A DNA stretch of 63,691 nucleotides, counting the filler, from Reticulomyxa filosa (lineage: Eukaryota > Protista > Foraminifera): NCBI GenBank assembly GCA_000512085.1. It is 14 parts of 14 records of this genome, joined end to end, with 100 filler letters (N's around TTAATTAATTAA, not from the genome) between each part and the next. Parts side by side here need not be neighbours in the genome. Positions count along the whole stretch, not along the records: positions 1 to 19,629 come from ASPP01010322.1; positions 19,730 to 21,220 come from ASPP01003189.1; positions 21,321 to 25,176 come from ASPP01004364.1; 11 more parts are not named here. One strand, written 5' to 3'. The notes under the pieces were generated by a model that saw only the letters and a program-made list of their open reading frames with translations, was not told the DNA's origin and made no database searches. A program made the translations under genes and the position numbers. Of the stretch, positions 11,830 through 23,158 are shown piece after piece. Within the stretch, counting starts at the first letter, position 1; the number at the start of each line of letters is the position of its first letter.

Positions 11830-14390
11830 TTAACCTTTTTGATTGACTTTTCCAAATTTATTGCTGAATTGTTGAATTCGGGTTAAATCCATGACACTCT
11901 CTTTTCGAACACGTTGCAACATTTGTTGTTTGGCGTTTGGTGCGTTTTGTTTCGGTTCCTCTTTTGCTGATGGTGCTGCAGGTTTTTGCTCTTTATTTTG
12001 TTGTTTTTGAATCATTGTTGCAAAATCACTCATGCCACCGCTTTTTTTTTCTTTTTCGGGCTGTGTTGCTTTTTCAGGCTCTTTTTTGTTTTTATTGCTG
12101 CCATTATCTTTTCCTTTATTTTTGTCTTTGTTTTTTTGTTTATCTTTTTCATCAGCTTTGGATTTGTGTTTGTCGCCATGTTTGTCTTGTTCTTTCTGTT
12201 TTTTATCTTTTTTCTCTGCCTCAACGAATTTGGCAAGTGCAGACTGCATTCCTTCTTTGACACGGGTTTTTTCTTTTTTTTCTTTGCTTATTTTTTCTGT
12301 TTGTCGTTTCAAATGGTCTCTTCGCATTTCTTCAATCGCCTGAGCAGTTTTTTTTAATTCGTCGTACAGTTTTGATTTAATATTTTTCTTGGCCTTGACT
12401 TGGAATTCTTTGGCTCGAGATCTTCCCACTTGATTCACTGCATAAACTCGGAACTGGTAAGGAACCTCGTTTTCTAAGTTGCGGAAAGTGCATTGTTGCC
12501 TCTTCAGAAACATGGTGTATGTCGATGGCTTTGTGAACACTTCAAACCATCCATCATAAATATTCCATGACAAATCATCGGATACCCAATATAAGGACAC
12601 CTCTTCGCTTCCCGGAACACATCGCAGTTCCCATGGAATGGGTGGGATCTTGCGGGGTGTCACCAGTTCCGATACTTCGCTCCACGGACCTTTCCCTTCT
12701 TTATTCACTCCACGCACCTTAAAGCGGTATGGTACTCCATTGTCCAGTCCTTTGAACTTCATATCGAACCTTCGTGTTTTCACTTTTTGTGTCGTCGGAA
12801 AGGAAAGGAATTCATACGTCGCCCGATATTCGAGTGTACTGTAGTCGTCGCATTCGAATGTGATCCGGGCAAACTGATCTTTGGCTTCCAGCTGCACGAT
12901 TCTGGGTTTGGGCGGCACACCCTTTGGAGTGACCGTATCGCTCGTATGCGTGAGATGTGCGCCGCTGTAGTTCCTTACACGAACCGTGACGCTGTAGTCT
13001 TCTCCGTTCACTAGTGGTTCGATGATGATCGGCAATGTGTAATATCTTTTCGCACGTTTGTACGCGGGCACTTCGTCTTCACTCGCTGTGGATACTTGGC
13101 TCTGTTTTTCTTGGCTCTTTTCTTTCTCGAGTCCGCCAAGGCCGAGATCGTCATCGTCGTCCCAGGCCGCATTTTTCAACAATGTGTTCCACATGCCTCC
13201 ACGGGCTGTTTGAATGCGATGCAATGTCGCTTGTTTGGCATGGAAGCGTGAGCCGCCTGCTGCGCTCGGTGTGAGCGTATTGGACGGTGTTTCCGGTCTG
13301 GATTATGTATACACATATGTACAGAGAAGAGAAAGAATAGAATATGGGAACAAACAATTGGCCTTTGTTTTTTTTACGTAACACTTTGGTTTTATTTTCT
13401 TTCTTTTTGTTCTTTTCTTCGGAATATAACATGGCTTGCAAATCGGCCAGCGTCGGTTCTTTGGGCTGCAATTCGACTTCAAACCACGCCGATACTTGTT
13501 TTTTGTTCCATCCTTTGCAGTCGACATCAATGAGGATCTCACGATTTCCAGCCAAGACTTTGCGGATGGATGGTTTCTCAGGGGGCAGCGCTGGCACAGC
13601 AACTTCAGGTTCGGTTTCCATGGTAGCCACAGTATTGGACGCTCGGAGTTGCAACTCATATTGTTCTCCTGTTATCAGTCCAATCAAATGCACTGGCTTT
13701 TCGTCCGTCTTCAAAATCAAATGCCCTTCTGACGTCAGTTCGTAGCCATTGCTATTATTTTCCGGTTGTAACGGAGGCTTACATATCAACACAACTTGTG
13801 CTTTAACATGTGGGTGATTCATCTTCGGACACGAAAACCATATTTTCAACTCTGTCGGCCCTCCTTGGATGTCTGTGATCTTGGGCTTGTTTGGCAGCTC
13901 CAATGGCGTGACAATGGGACTACGCACACTATGTTTCACTGCGACCTCGCAACAAGATTTGACCACAAATTGGTAGTCATCTCCATTTTGTAATTTATTA
14001 AATACCGCAGGGGACTCTTTACATTTTATTGCAAACGGGGCCGTCTTTGTGTTTGTAAGATTGAGCGCTTCGACTTCGTACCAGTGTTCCATGTGTGGAC
14101 ACACCCTTGGTTTCAACGGCTCGTCGCAAGTGAAGTAAATGGTGGCGCTGGATGGCGCAGGCTTGCAATCTTTGATCACTGGGGTTGCCAAATTCTGCGA
14201 TTCCAATGGGATTTGATAGACGACCAAACCAGGGGCAGGCCATTCGCCATAAGGATCAATGGCTTCCCAGCCATGTGTGGGAGGAATGGTTTCATCCGCG
14301 CCACACAGTCCACAATAGTAGTCAATATGTGGCAAATTTTTATCTTCTTTTACTGTTTTGTTCTCTTGTTTTTCGTCATCATCTTCGTCC

Positions 14391-14422
<32 letters not shown>

Positions 14423-17351
14423 ATCGTCTTCACTCAAGTCACTCTCTGTCAGAGAGTGAGAATCATCACTGTCCTCTTTGTCATTATCATCGTCTATTGT
14501 ATGTGTGAATGTTATTGTAAAGTATGGCCTTTTTTGTTTTGATGTTTCGCAAAAATAAATCGCTAAATATTTAGAAATGCTGTAACAAACTTTTTTCTTT
14601 TTTGGCTTTTTCTTTTTTTGGCTTTTCTTTCTTTTTTTCTGTTTTATCTTTGTCTTTCTCTTTTTCTGCTTCTTTGTCTTTTTGATTTTGTTGATCTTTT
14701 TGATCTTTTTGATCTTTTTTTGCTCTTTTTGCAAAATAATCTTCAGCTCTTCCAAGGTACACTTTTCAGTTTGCCATTTGATAAAAGCCTCGGCACTAAT
14801 GGAGCCAGCACCACTTGCATCGATCACATTGAAAATTTTTCCTGTGATCAAATGACTGATTCCCATTTTATCCAACATTTTTTCCAACTCTTCTTTGTTG
14901 AGTTTTCGCTTGGTATCTCCCACTTCTTTAAGGAAATCAAAGGATTGCAACTTGGCGACTGTCGAGGACCTTGCTTCTCCAGTTTCGTCATTTGCTATCA
15001 TCTTATCGCTCTCTGAGTTGTTATTCGTCACATTAGTGACTCCCAATAACATTTCGTCTGACTTTTTGTCTTTGCGAATAACCCATACCGCTTCGTCTTG
15101 CTCTTTGTCATGGAAAATACGACTAATACTAACGTGCGGATTTTCATTTTGTACAAATCGAAATGCATCATTCGAACGTCCGTGAATGCTATATTTCCCG
15201 TCCAAGCCTTTGGTCCCAGATCGATTGACCAATACAATTGGGAACATTTCGCGTTTTCGACCAAATGTTAAGCTTATTTGAGGTTTGTCTGTAAAATTAT
15301 TTATTTATTGCTTGTTCTTATTTGTCGTTATTAGTAGTATATAGTTGTTTTTTTTTTTTTAAAAAAGATAAATTTGGATAAAAAAAAATAAAAGAAATAC
15401 CCGAGTCTCGATGTTCTTGTATTTTAGTCTTCAAAAAGTCAGTGACTTGTTTGACTGACGCCATAAGCGTGACATCTTGCCCATCGATCGCGCTGAGAAT
15501 ATCTCCTGGTTGCAAGTCGGCATTTTTACCTTGTCCTTCGCCGACGTTTTCGACCACAACCACGTTGTCTTGTACTTTCAAAGTAAATCCCAATTGCGCA
15601 GTCACGTCAAATTGGCACGAAAAAAACTCAATTGGGATATACACGTCATCTTTTGCTTCTCTGTCAATGTCCTTTTCGACCACTTGCTGTTCAATGCGAT
15701 GAAGGATCACTCCCGGGGCTGGATATTCGCCTTTGTCCACTGCTTCCCATCCCGAAGAGGGGGGCAGCTTGCGCTTTGCTGCGTACAAACAAGCAATGTA
15801 ACGATGAGTGGTAATGTGATCATGACAACAAGTGTGAGTTTATAACATGCGTGGATAGTTTTTTTTTTGTCGACAAGAAAAAAAAAAAAAACAACTCACT
15901 ATAGGCAATGTACAAATCCTCTCCACCATATTCGAGTGTCCATAGGTCATCATATTTAAGCCATAATTTGGCTTTGTCATCACCGTCTTTTTCCCACAAA
16001 GGGTGCTCTCGTTGCATCCCTCGATACATATATTTGCCATTGACCTTGGTTGTTCCGGCTCTTTCAATGACAATAACAACCAAAGAGGCGTCTTCGTCTT
16101 TATTTTTTTTTTTCTTTTTTTTTTTTTTTCTGATCGCCATCGGCGCCGCTTTCTTTGGCATCTTCGTCATCTCCGTCATCTCCGCTGTCATCATCCTCAT
16201 CATCGGTCAATTCGTCACTTTCTACATCTTTCAATTCTTTGTTTGTCGTAAATTCATTCCAAAGATTTTTTTCCGTACTGTCCTGAGATCCTTCACTTTT
16301 GGCCTCTTCTTCACTCGACTCCGTGTAGTAATCACTCGACACATCACTTCCACTGTCAAGCTCAAACGCCTCTTCCGCTGTCTTGCTTGTTTTATCTGTC
16401 TTTTTCTCTTTCTTTGCTTCTTTATTTTCCTTATCCTTGTCTTTATCTTTATCTTTATCTTTGTTTGCGTTATTATCTTTTCCTTTTGGTGTTTTGCTCT
16501 GTGCTGAGTCGTTCTCTATATTAATATCGAAAAGACCAAACATAATTGTCGATGTTGAGATGCATATCGTTTTTTAAACTCTCCTCTTTTCACAGGATTG
16601 CATGTTATATATAAACAAACAAAAATGAACAAATAATAATAATAATAGTAATAACAATAATGATAAACTGGGTGGTAAAGAAGGAGGTGGCACGTTTGTA
16701 ATTGACGGTAATGGTTGGTTTGGGTTTTTTGGAAGTGATTTTGTTGGGACGTCTTTTGCCAGGTCCTGCTTTTTTTCCATTACTTTTTGTTTTTGAAACT
16801 CTCTTTGTCGTGCTGCTAACACTTCTGCTCTTTCTTTTTCTTTTTGTTGTTTTTCTTCTTCTTCTGTTTTTTTTATTATTATTTGTTGTTGTCCATTGTT
16901 CATTCTCCTTAACAGATTAATTCTAATGTGATCTTTTTTTTGTTAAAAAATTTAATATATACTACACATATATGCATATTTTTGAATTTTTTGCGCTTTT
17001 TTCATGGATTAATCCGATTTTCCTACCTTTCTTATGACGTTCTCGTTCTTGTCTTTTTTGTTCTTCTATTTCCGCTTGGATTTCTTCTGGCGTTTTTAGT
17101 CTTCGCAGCATTTCATCCAAACGGCTTAATTCAAATATCGCTTTATTCATCACATTGATTGTCAACCATTCCCCATCTTTATCAATAAATACGTTTGTTA
17201 TCTTTGCACTCACCCAACGGTCTTTCATTCGCAAATACACTTCCACATCTGATCCCTCTTTCCAAGAATATCGATCTTGGGCTGTGGTTTTATGGCTTGA
17301 CACTGGAATTGCTGCTGACGGGGCAATCATCAAGGGCTTGGAGAGTTCCAT
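11830..17351 (-). CDS. Large multi-exon scaffold protein: Tudor/Agenet-like domain, two 'G..V.GKY...PP..GW...G..PAP' modules, PDZ, EF-hand, about 5 fibronectin type III repeats, charged tail
   Basis: WKEGSDVEVYLRMKDRWVSAKIT (Tudor-like); LGFTLKVQ...GQGKNADLQPGDILSAIDGQDV (PDZ); IFNVIDASGAGSISAEAFIKW (EF-hand); LDNGVPYRFKVRGVNKEGKGPWSEVS and LENEVPYQFRVYAVNQVGRS (FN3). Joining into one gene is inferred from colinear same-strand ORFs separated by intron-like tracts. Confidence 0.65.
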
Positions 17352-17807
17352 ATACCAGTTTTTATTAAAAAAGGATAAAGTTTTCTTGAGTTGTTTAAAT
17401 TAGTTGCAAATACGCAACTTTTACTTTTTCAAATCACAATTACTTTGCCATTTCAGCTCCAAAAACGAGACTATTGTATTGTTTTGAATTTAGCTCAGGT
17501 TAATTTACAGCAGTTCGTAAATTTTCTATCATCAAATGATTTCCAAAAATCATATATTGGGAAACGGAAAACAGCGAATCAATTTGTTTTTTTCCATAAT
17601 GAATGGACATCGCTTACTTAGGAGAAATTTGATTGAAAGCAACTTGAGATATTATTATTTAATTCACCCCATAATGGTGATTATAAGAAAGTGATTAAGC
17701 GTAAGTAGGCAACACAAAAGCTTTTTGAAAATGAACAAAAGTCATTGCACCTGTACCTCCAATCAAAGAAAAAAGTTAAACAAACCAATGCCAATCGTAA
17801 GAAATGC

Positions 17808-19211
17808 TCAGCCAAGAATTTTGGACTTGATTTCCTCAAGCTTTTCTTTGCCTCCAAAAATGTAGACGGAACCAACCAATGCAGTCAGGCCAACACCAAC
17901 AATAGCTCCCTTTTTGACCGCTCTTTGAAGGGTCGATGGAGGTTTTCGAACATGGCCCTTTTTAATTAAATCCTCACAGGCCTCAATAATAGTTTCATGC
18001 GGAGGACGATAAATCACATCCAAATCTTCTACAGATGGGCGATGATCAACAAATCTTTTCAAGTTGTTGATCGGCAGCACAAAGTTTCCAATCTCGGGGT
18101 CAATATAGCTCAGCAACTTCACAACAAATTCAGGAGGTTCCATAGTCGGTACAGGATATCCCAGTTTAGAGTATTTATAGGCCATCAACTAAAATCAATA
18201 TTTGATCGATGAAAAAAAAAAATGTAATGTTTGAAAAAAGAACAAAAATTTCCTTCAAATTCTAGTACACACGTAACTTCCACCATATCTTTATACCACA
18301 GACATTCACCAACTAACAAGTATCTCTTCCCTGGAGCATTAGGTGCGGTCATAGCATTAACATGAGCAGTAGCAACTTCACGAACGTCTACAACACCCCA
18401 TTGAATACGAGGGACCACAGGATATTCTCCGTTCAAACACATTTGCAATGAAGTCATGCTCATTGGCTTGCGGTCGTTCAGCAATGGTCCTACCACCAAA
18501 CCAGGGAGAATGGTTGTAAATTCGTACTTGTCGTGCTTCTTTACAAACTCAAAGCCCAATTGTTCTGCCAAAGTCTTAGACTTTGCATAGGGGGAAACCT
18601 GTCGTCACAAAAGTTGCATCATCCAATTGACCTCTTCAAAAAAAAACAAAGCGAATTTGAAAAAAATTAACATGGCATCTTCCGATAGGCGTCCAAGTAC
18701 CAGAATGAGTGTATACAATTTTTTTGCCTGTTCCAACAGTGTCCCAACATTCCCAATTAATTGAACCGATGCTACTTGTGTACACAATTCTTTTGATTGA
18801 TTTTCCATGGTCTCTTATCGCATTCAAGATTCTTGTCATGCCGTCCACTGCAGGCTTAATATAATCATCATCCGTCAAAGGAGTTTTATTTCTATTTGAA
18901 CCGCCTCCAAAACCACCGGACTCACTCATATCCGTGTCTGGCATCGGGTTGGCGGTGTGAATTACGTATTTTACACCCTTTACTGCCTCATCCCAGTTAT
19001 CATCCTTCGTCAAATCGCACTCAATAAACTCGATTTGGCCTTGTCTTTTTTGCAAATCCAAGAGATATTCATAGTTTTCTTTTTTGTATTTTCTCACGGT
19101 GCCACGCACTTGATAACCACGCTCACACAATTGTTTAATGATGTGCCCAGCGATGAAACCAGAGGCACCAATCACAAGAACCAACGTTTTAGCATTTTCT
19201 TCTTGTGACAT
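17808..19211 (-). CDS. Extended SDR / NAD(P)-dependent epimerase-dehydratase (dihydroflavonol reductase / aldehyde reductase II-like) with C-terminal hydrophobic segment
   Basis: VIGASGFIAGHI Rossmann motif; VIHTANP; PAVDGMTRIL; YTSS; catalytic YAKSK near 18575-18590; VDVREVATAH; tail GAIVGVGLTALVGSVYIFGG. Two introns. Confidence 0.88.
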
Positions 19212-19629
19212 TCTTTATTTTTCTGTGTTTTTCTGGCTATTGAGAATTTTCTGACAAAAATTTCAGCAAAAAAACTCTTTGCACTTCCTGAGAAAGTTTT
19301 CCACTTTCTCTTGAAATTATATCAGTATGAATTTTTACAGATTACGAATAATTCGTGATTATGTTACGTTACAAAGACTTAGAGAATCATGGTAAACGCG
19401 GCCAAGATGTTCTGGTTTATATTTGCAGTTTGTTCAATGAACAACAACTTTTATACGTTTGCACTACTTCCTTTTATGTTTAAGACACTACAGTAACGGT
19501 TTGGTATTTTCGGGACAAGTTTCTTGAAAATAAAACCCCTTTTGAACAGAAAAATTTCTACTTTAAAGATGTGTACATGTTGTTTCTAAGTACAATTCAA
19601 CAACATTCACACAATCAATTATTTTAAGT

Positions 19630-19729
19630 NNNNNNNNNNNNNNNNNNNNNNNNNNNNNNNNNNNNNNNNNNNNTTAATTAATTAANNNNNNNNNNNNNNN
19701 NNNNNNNNNNNNNNNNNNNNNNNNNNNNN
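19630..19729. other. Artificial contig linker
   Basis: N44-TTAATTAATTAA-N44; stop codons in all six frames. Confidence 0.98.
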
Positions 19730-20307
19730 TAATATTAATAATAATAATAATAAATCCAATGAACTAACAACTGGTGTCGTGGAATGTTGGGCCATCTAAT
19801 GCTGGCTCCACTTGGAGACGAATACAAAAACAGCACCGAAGTGTCTGCATTCTACTTTTGTGCGACCAAAGACAAGGTACTGATCCAATGGATTTCGAGC
19901 ATTTGGAACGGAGTCAAAGTCCACGTCGCAGTATATCCCATTGACCGAATTGAAAACTATGTCTACGCCAACTATACCATTCACCAGCTGAAAGATGTGT
20001 TCGACCCACGCGCGATGATGAAGAAGAGCATCAAGCCGATCATCTATCACATGGACTTTCAACCCGTCTTGCATCGCACCAACCTGCTCCTGCCCGTTAC
20101 CAAAGGCTTCCCCGGACAAGCCATGGACGCCATGTCCGGAGGCCTGTGCTACGACAGCAAGAACCACTGCATCTGGTCCTACGACCCTTGCTTCTTGGTC
20201 TTGGACCAATTCAAATGTCTCTCTGGACACGGACATGATAGTGATGACGCTCTTACGTCGGAAATCAAACACGATGATGCGGCCACCGCATCAGCACCAA
20301 CAGCAGT

Positions 20308-20342
<35 letters not shown>

Positions 20343-21220
20343 CAACAGCAACAGTAGTAGTCGCGGAACACGACCGAGACAATGAACACCATGTCGTCAC
20401 TTCGTTGAGACAAGTATTGGCTCAATTGTCGGCCATTGTCGAGTACGAATTGGAACACGTCATGATGATCGAGTTTGACAGAAGCGACCGCGAAGTGCTC
20501 CTGAAAAACACGTCTACGCAGGAGGAAAAAGACAAAACCCAGTCCATCAAGACCAGCGAAAAAATTCTCGAATCCAAAGCAGACCAAGATAAAGATCAGC
20601 CGAAAGACAAAAGCAAAGAGAAGAGTCAAGATCAAGACCAAGACCAAGATCAGGATCAGGATCAAGATCAAGACCAGGATCAAGACCAAGATCAAGATCA
20701 AGATCAAGACCAAGATCAAGAAGAACAAATCAATGCTAATGCTAATGCAAATGCTAATACTAATATTAATACTAATACTAATACTAATACTAATACTAAT
20801 ACTAATACTAATGCTAATGAAGATGAACCTGTACAAACAAACAAAACCGATGCGCAGTCACAGGTAAATAAAAACCCACAGACAGACTTGGAACACAAGG
20901 CCTCGACGTTGCTACAAACCAAAGACCAGAGCCTTGGGATCGGCGTTGGCGTTGACACGCTAACGAAACTGGTTCAACGCTTGAACATCTTGGACAGTCA
21001 GGAAATGTTTGCGATATTTGAAAAAACGGGCACGCTGGTGGTGCTCCTCAACTCATTGCTGAAAAAAAAGCAAAATGAGTCATTGTTGCTGTTGGAGCTG
21101 TCTCGCATTCGATTGTGCATTTTGCAAATCTTCTCCAAAGTCATTCACAGCTTCCCGGAAAAATTGCCTTTGAATTGTGGCAAAGATGTTGGCTTCATCA
21201 ATGGCATTCTGTTTTGTTTT
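19730..21220 (+). CDS. Internal fragment of a large hypothetical protein with poly-Ala, (DQ)n and (NA/NT)n tracts
   Basis: Open frame of about 480 codons spanning nearly the whole contig, more GC-rich than its flanks. No family confidently recognised. Confidence 0.6.
20627..20819 (+). repeat. Coding hexanucleotide microsatellites (GAYCAR)n = (DQ)n and (AATGCT/AATACT)n = (NA/NT)n
   Basis: Directly visible tandem repeats, in frame within ORF 19784-21268. Confidence 0.95.
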
Positions 21221-21320
21221 NNNNNNNNNNNNNNNNNNNNNNNNNNNNNNNNNNNNNNNNNNNNTTAATTAATTAANNNNNNNNNNNNNNNNNNNNNNNN
21301 NNNNNNNNNNNNNNNNNNNN
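21221..21320. other. Artificial contig linker
   Basis: N44-TTAATTAATTAA-N44. Confidence 0.98.
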
Positions 21321-21356
<36 letters not shown>

Positions 21357-22514
21357 ATATACGTGTATATATAAATAAATGTATATATGTGTGATAAATG
21401 TAGATAACATGAAGAACAGGAACAAGTTTGAAAAAGGCAAAAGACAAAGGAGACTGAATGGTGATATTGGAGATAAATAGAGACGAGGATAGAGGATTTG
21501 TGAATTGAATGAAACCTTGCCACATTTGATGCGAGGTCAGCACAACAGTTTGAAGTGGTATTCCTTGAATACGATATACATCACGCAATCCTCTTCCCGA
21601 TACGCGTAGATACACACTTCCCAAATCTGTGGTGATTCTCACAACACCATTTATCACACCGTGCATTCGCGGAATAAACCTCACTTCCAATGTTTTCTCT
21701 TCCCCTGGTTCAAGTACTTGACCCTTTTTCATTACATTGCAAACAAACAGAGATTGACAAATACTCGGAACAAATGTGGGAATACGTACGGTCATGTTTA
21801 TATATATATATATACATATAAATATGTTTGTATATATGTTTATATATGTATGTGAACAGTGAATAGTGAATAGTGAATAGTGAATAGGAAGACAAAACAG
21901 GATAAAGGAGAGGATGGATTGTGAATTGAGTGTCATTGATATGAATATCAATAATAGAAATGCTCATTGATGTCGGATTCACTACTTGCACTGTTGTCTC
22001 TGACACCATATACCAATCTCTTTTTTTTTTTTGTTAAAGATAATGATAATAATAATAATAATAGTAGTGATGCATATGCACAATAGAATGTAACAAAAAT
22101 CACATTTGAGAATGTAAAGAACCTGTCATGAAACTGTAAAGAGATTGGCCGAAAGATCAAATTGCCGGGTTCATTCACACATTGTCTTTCATCAATCTCG
22201 TTCTTGAGAGCTTCAACAACCTCTTTTTTTTTTAAACATACATTGCACATCATGCATTGATACAACTTTTTTTTCATACAAACAATATATATTTTTAAAA
22301 AATTTATGTTTCATTACACCCCCCACGTAGGGACCCTGCCATCTTTGACCAAAAAAATTTTATGAAAACATTGACGATGGTTTAGTCAAAAAAAATAAAA
22401 AATAAAAAATAGATGTTTCTTTCCATCATTGTGAACACCTGCGGATTTGACCAGTGTTATACACACTGGCCACAAGACATAATAGGATAAAATAAATAGT
22501 GTAATAAGATTCAT
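21321..22514 (-). CDS. TMEM131-like protein, N-terminal part (signal peptide + PapD/Ig-like domains); 3' truncated at contig end
   Basis: MNLITLFILSYYVLWPVCITLVKSA signal-like start (ATG 22514). LIFRPISLQFHDR, VSETTVQVVNPTSMSISIIDIHINDTQF and VLEPGEEKTLEVRFIPRMHGVINGVVRITTDLGSVYLRVSGRGLRDVYRI resemble the TMEM131 N-terminal domain. Confidence 0.65.
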
Positions 22515-23158
22515 GATTTTGAACGGAGTTTCTGAGATAAGATAAGGTGTACACAAATTAAAGGATGAATCTTTTCTAACGTTATTTTAGTCGTAAATTA
22601 TTAGTAATACAAACAAGCATTCAAATTTCAAATTTAACAAATTGAGCATGCAATAAAACAGGGCTTGCACAATATTTGTTGAATGAATTTTTCTGATTTC
22701 CAAAAATTTTGACGATATTTATCCAAAAAATAAAATTTCTCCATTCAATAGAATATAACGATCATAATCTGTGAAAGGATAAAATTTGTCCAAATTCAAT
22801 CTGCTCCTTTTTAAGATGTTTAGTAATTCCTCTTCAAAAAATTAAAGTTTGCTATAAAAACTAGACAATATTAGCCAAAATCACAGATGTATATATATCC
22901 AAAGGAAAAAATTCGACACTTCAATTTATATCACTTAATAATTACTATTTTTTTATAAAAAGTTCAATATAACATTCTTATAACAATATTTGAATTTGTG
23001 AATATTTTACTTTTTTGTATTTTGTATTTTCATTTCTGTTTAATTGTAAAGAGTTCTTCTTGGAGAAAAGATATTGACTTAAAAAAAAAATCGATAAGTT
23101 TAGAGTGAAAAACAATTGGAAACAAAAAAAGTAATATAAATTAAATTTATAATATTCT

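Noticed and set aside
11937-16577. Many Phe/Leu/Ser-rich plus-strand ORFs that look like membrane proteins
   Set aside because: They are antisense shadows of Lys/Glu/Asp-rich coding sequence on the minus strand.
20291-20958. Antisense poly-Cys, (IS)n and (LV)n ORFs
   Set aside because: Reverse-strand readings of the poly-Ala, (DQ)n and (NT)n repeats.
21321-21355. Long poly-T/poly-A runs at many contig ends (retrogene tails?)
   Set aside because: Similar runs occur inside ordinary introns; the assembly appears to break at homopolymers.
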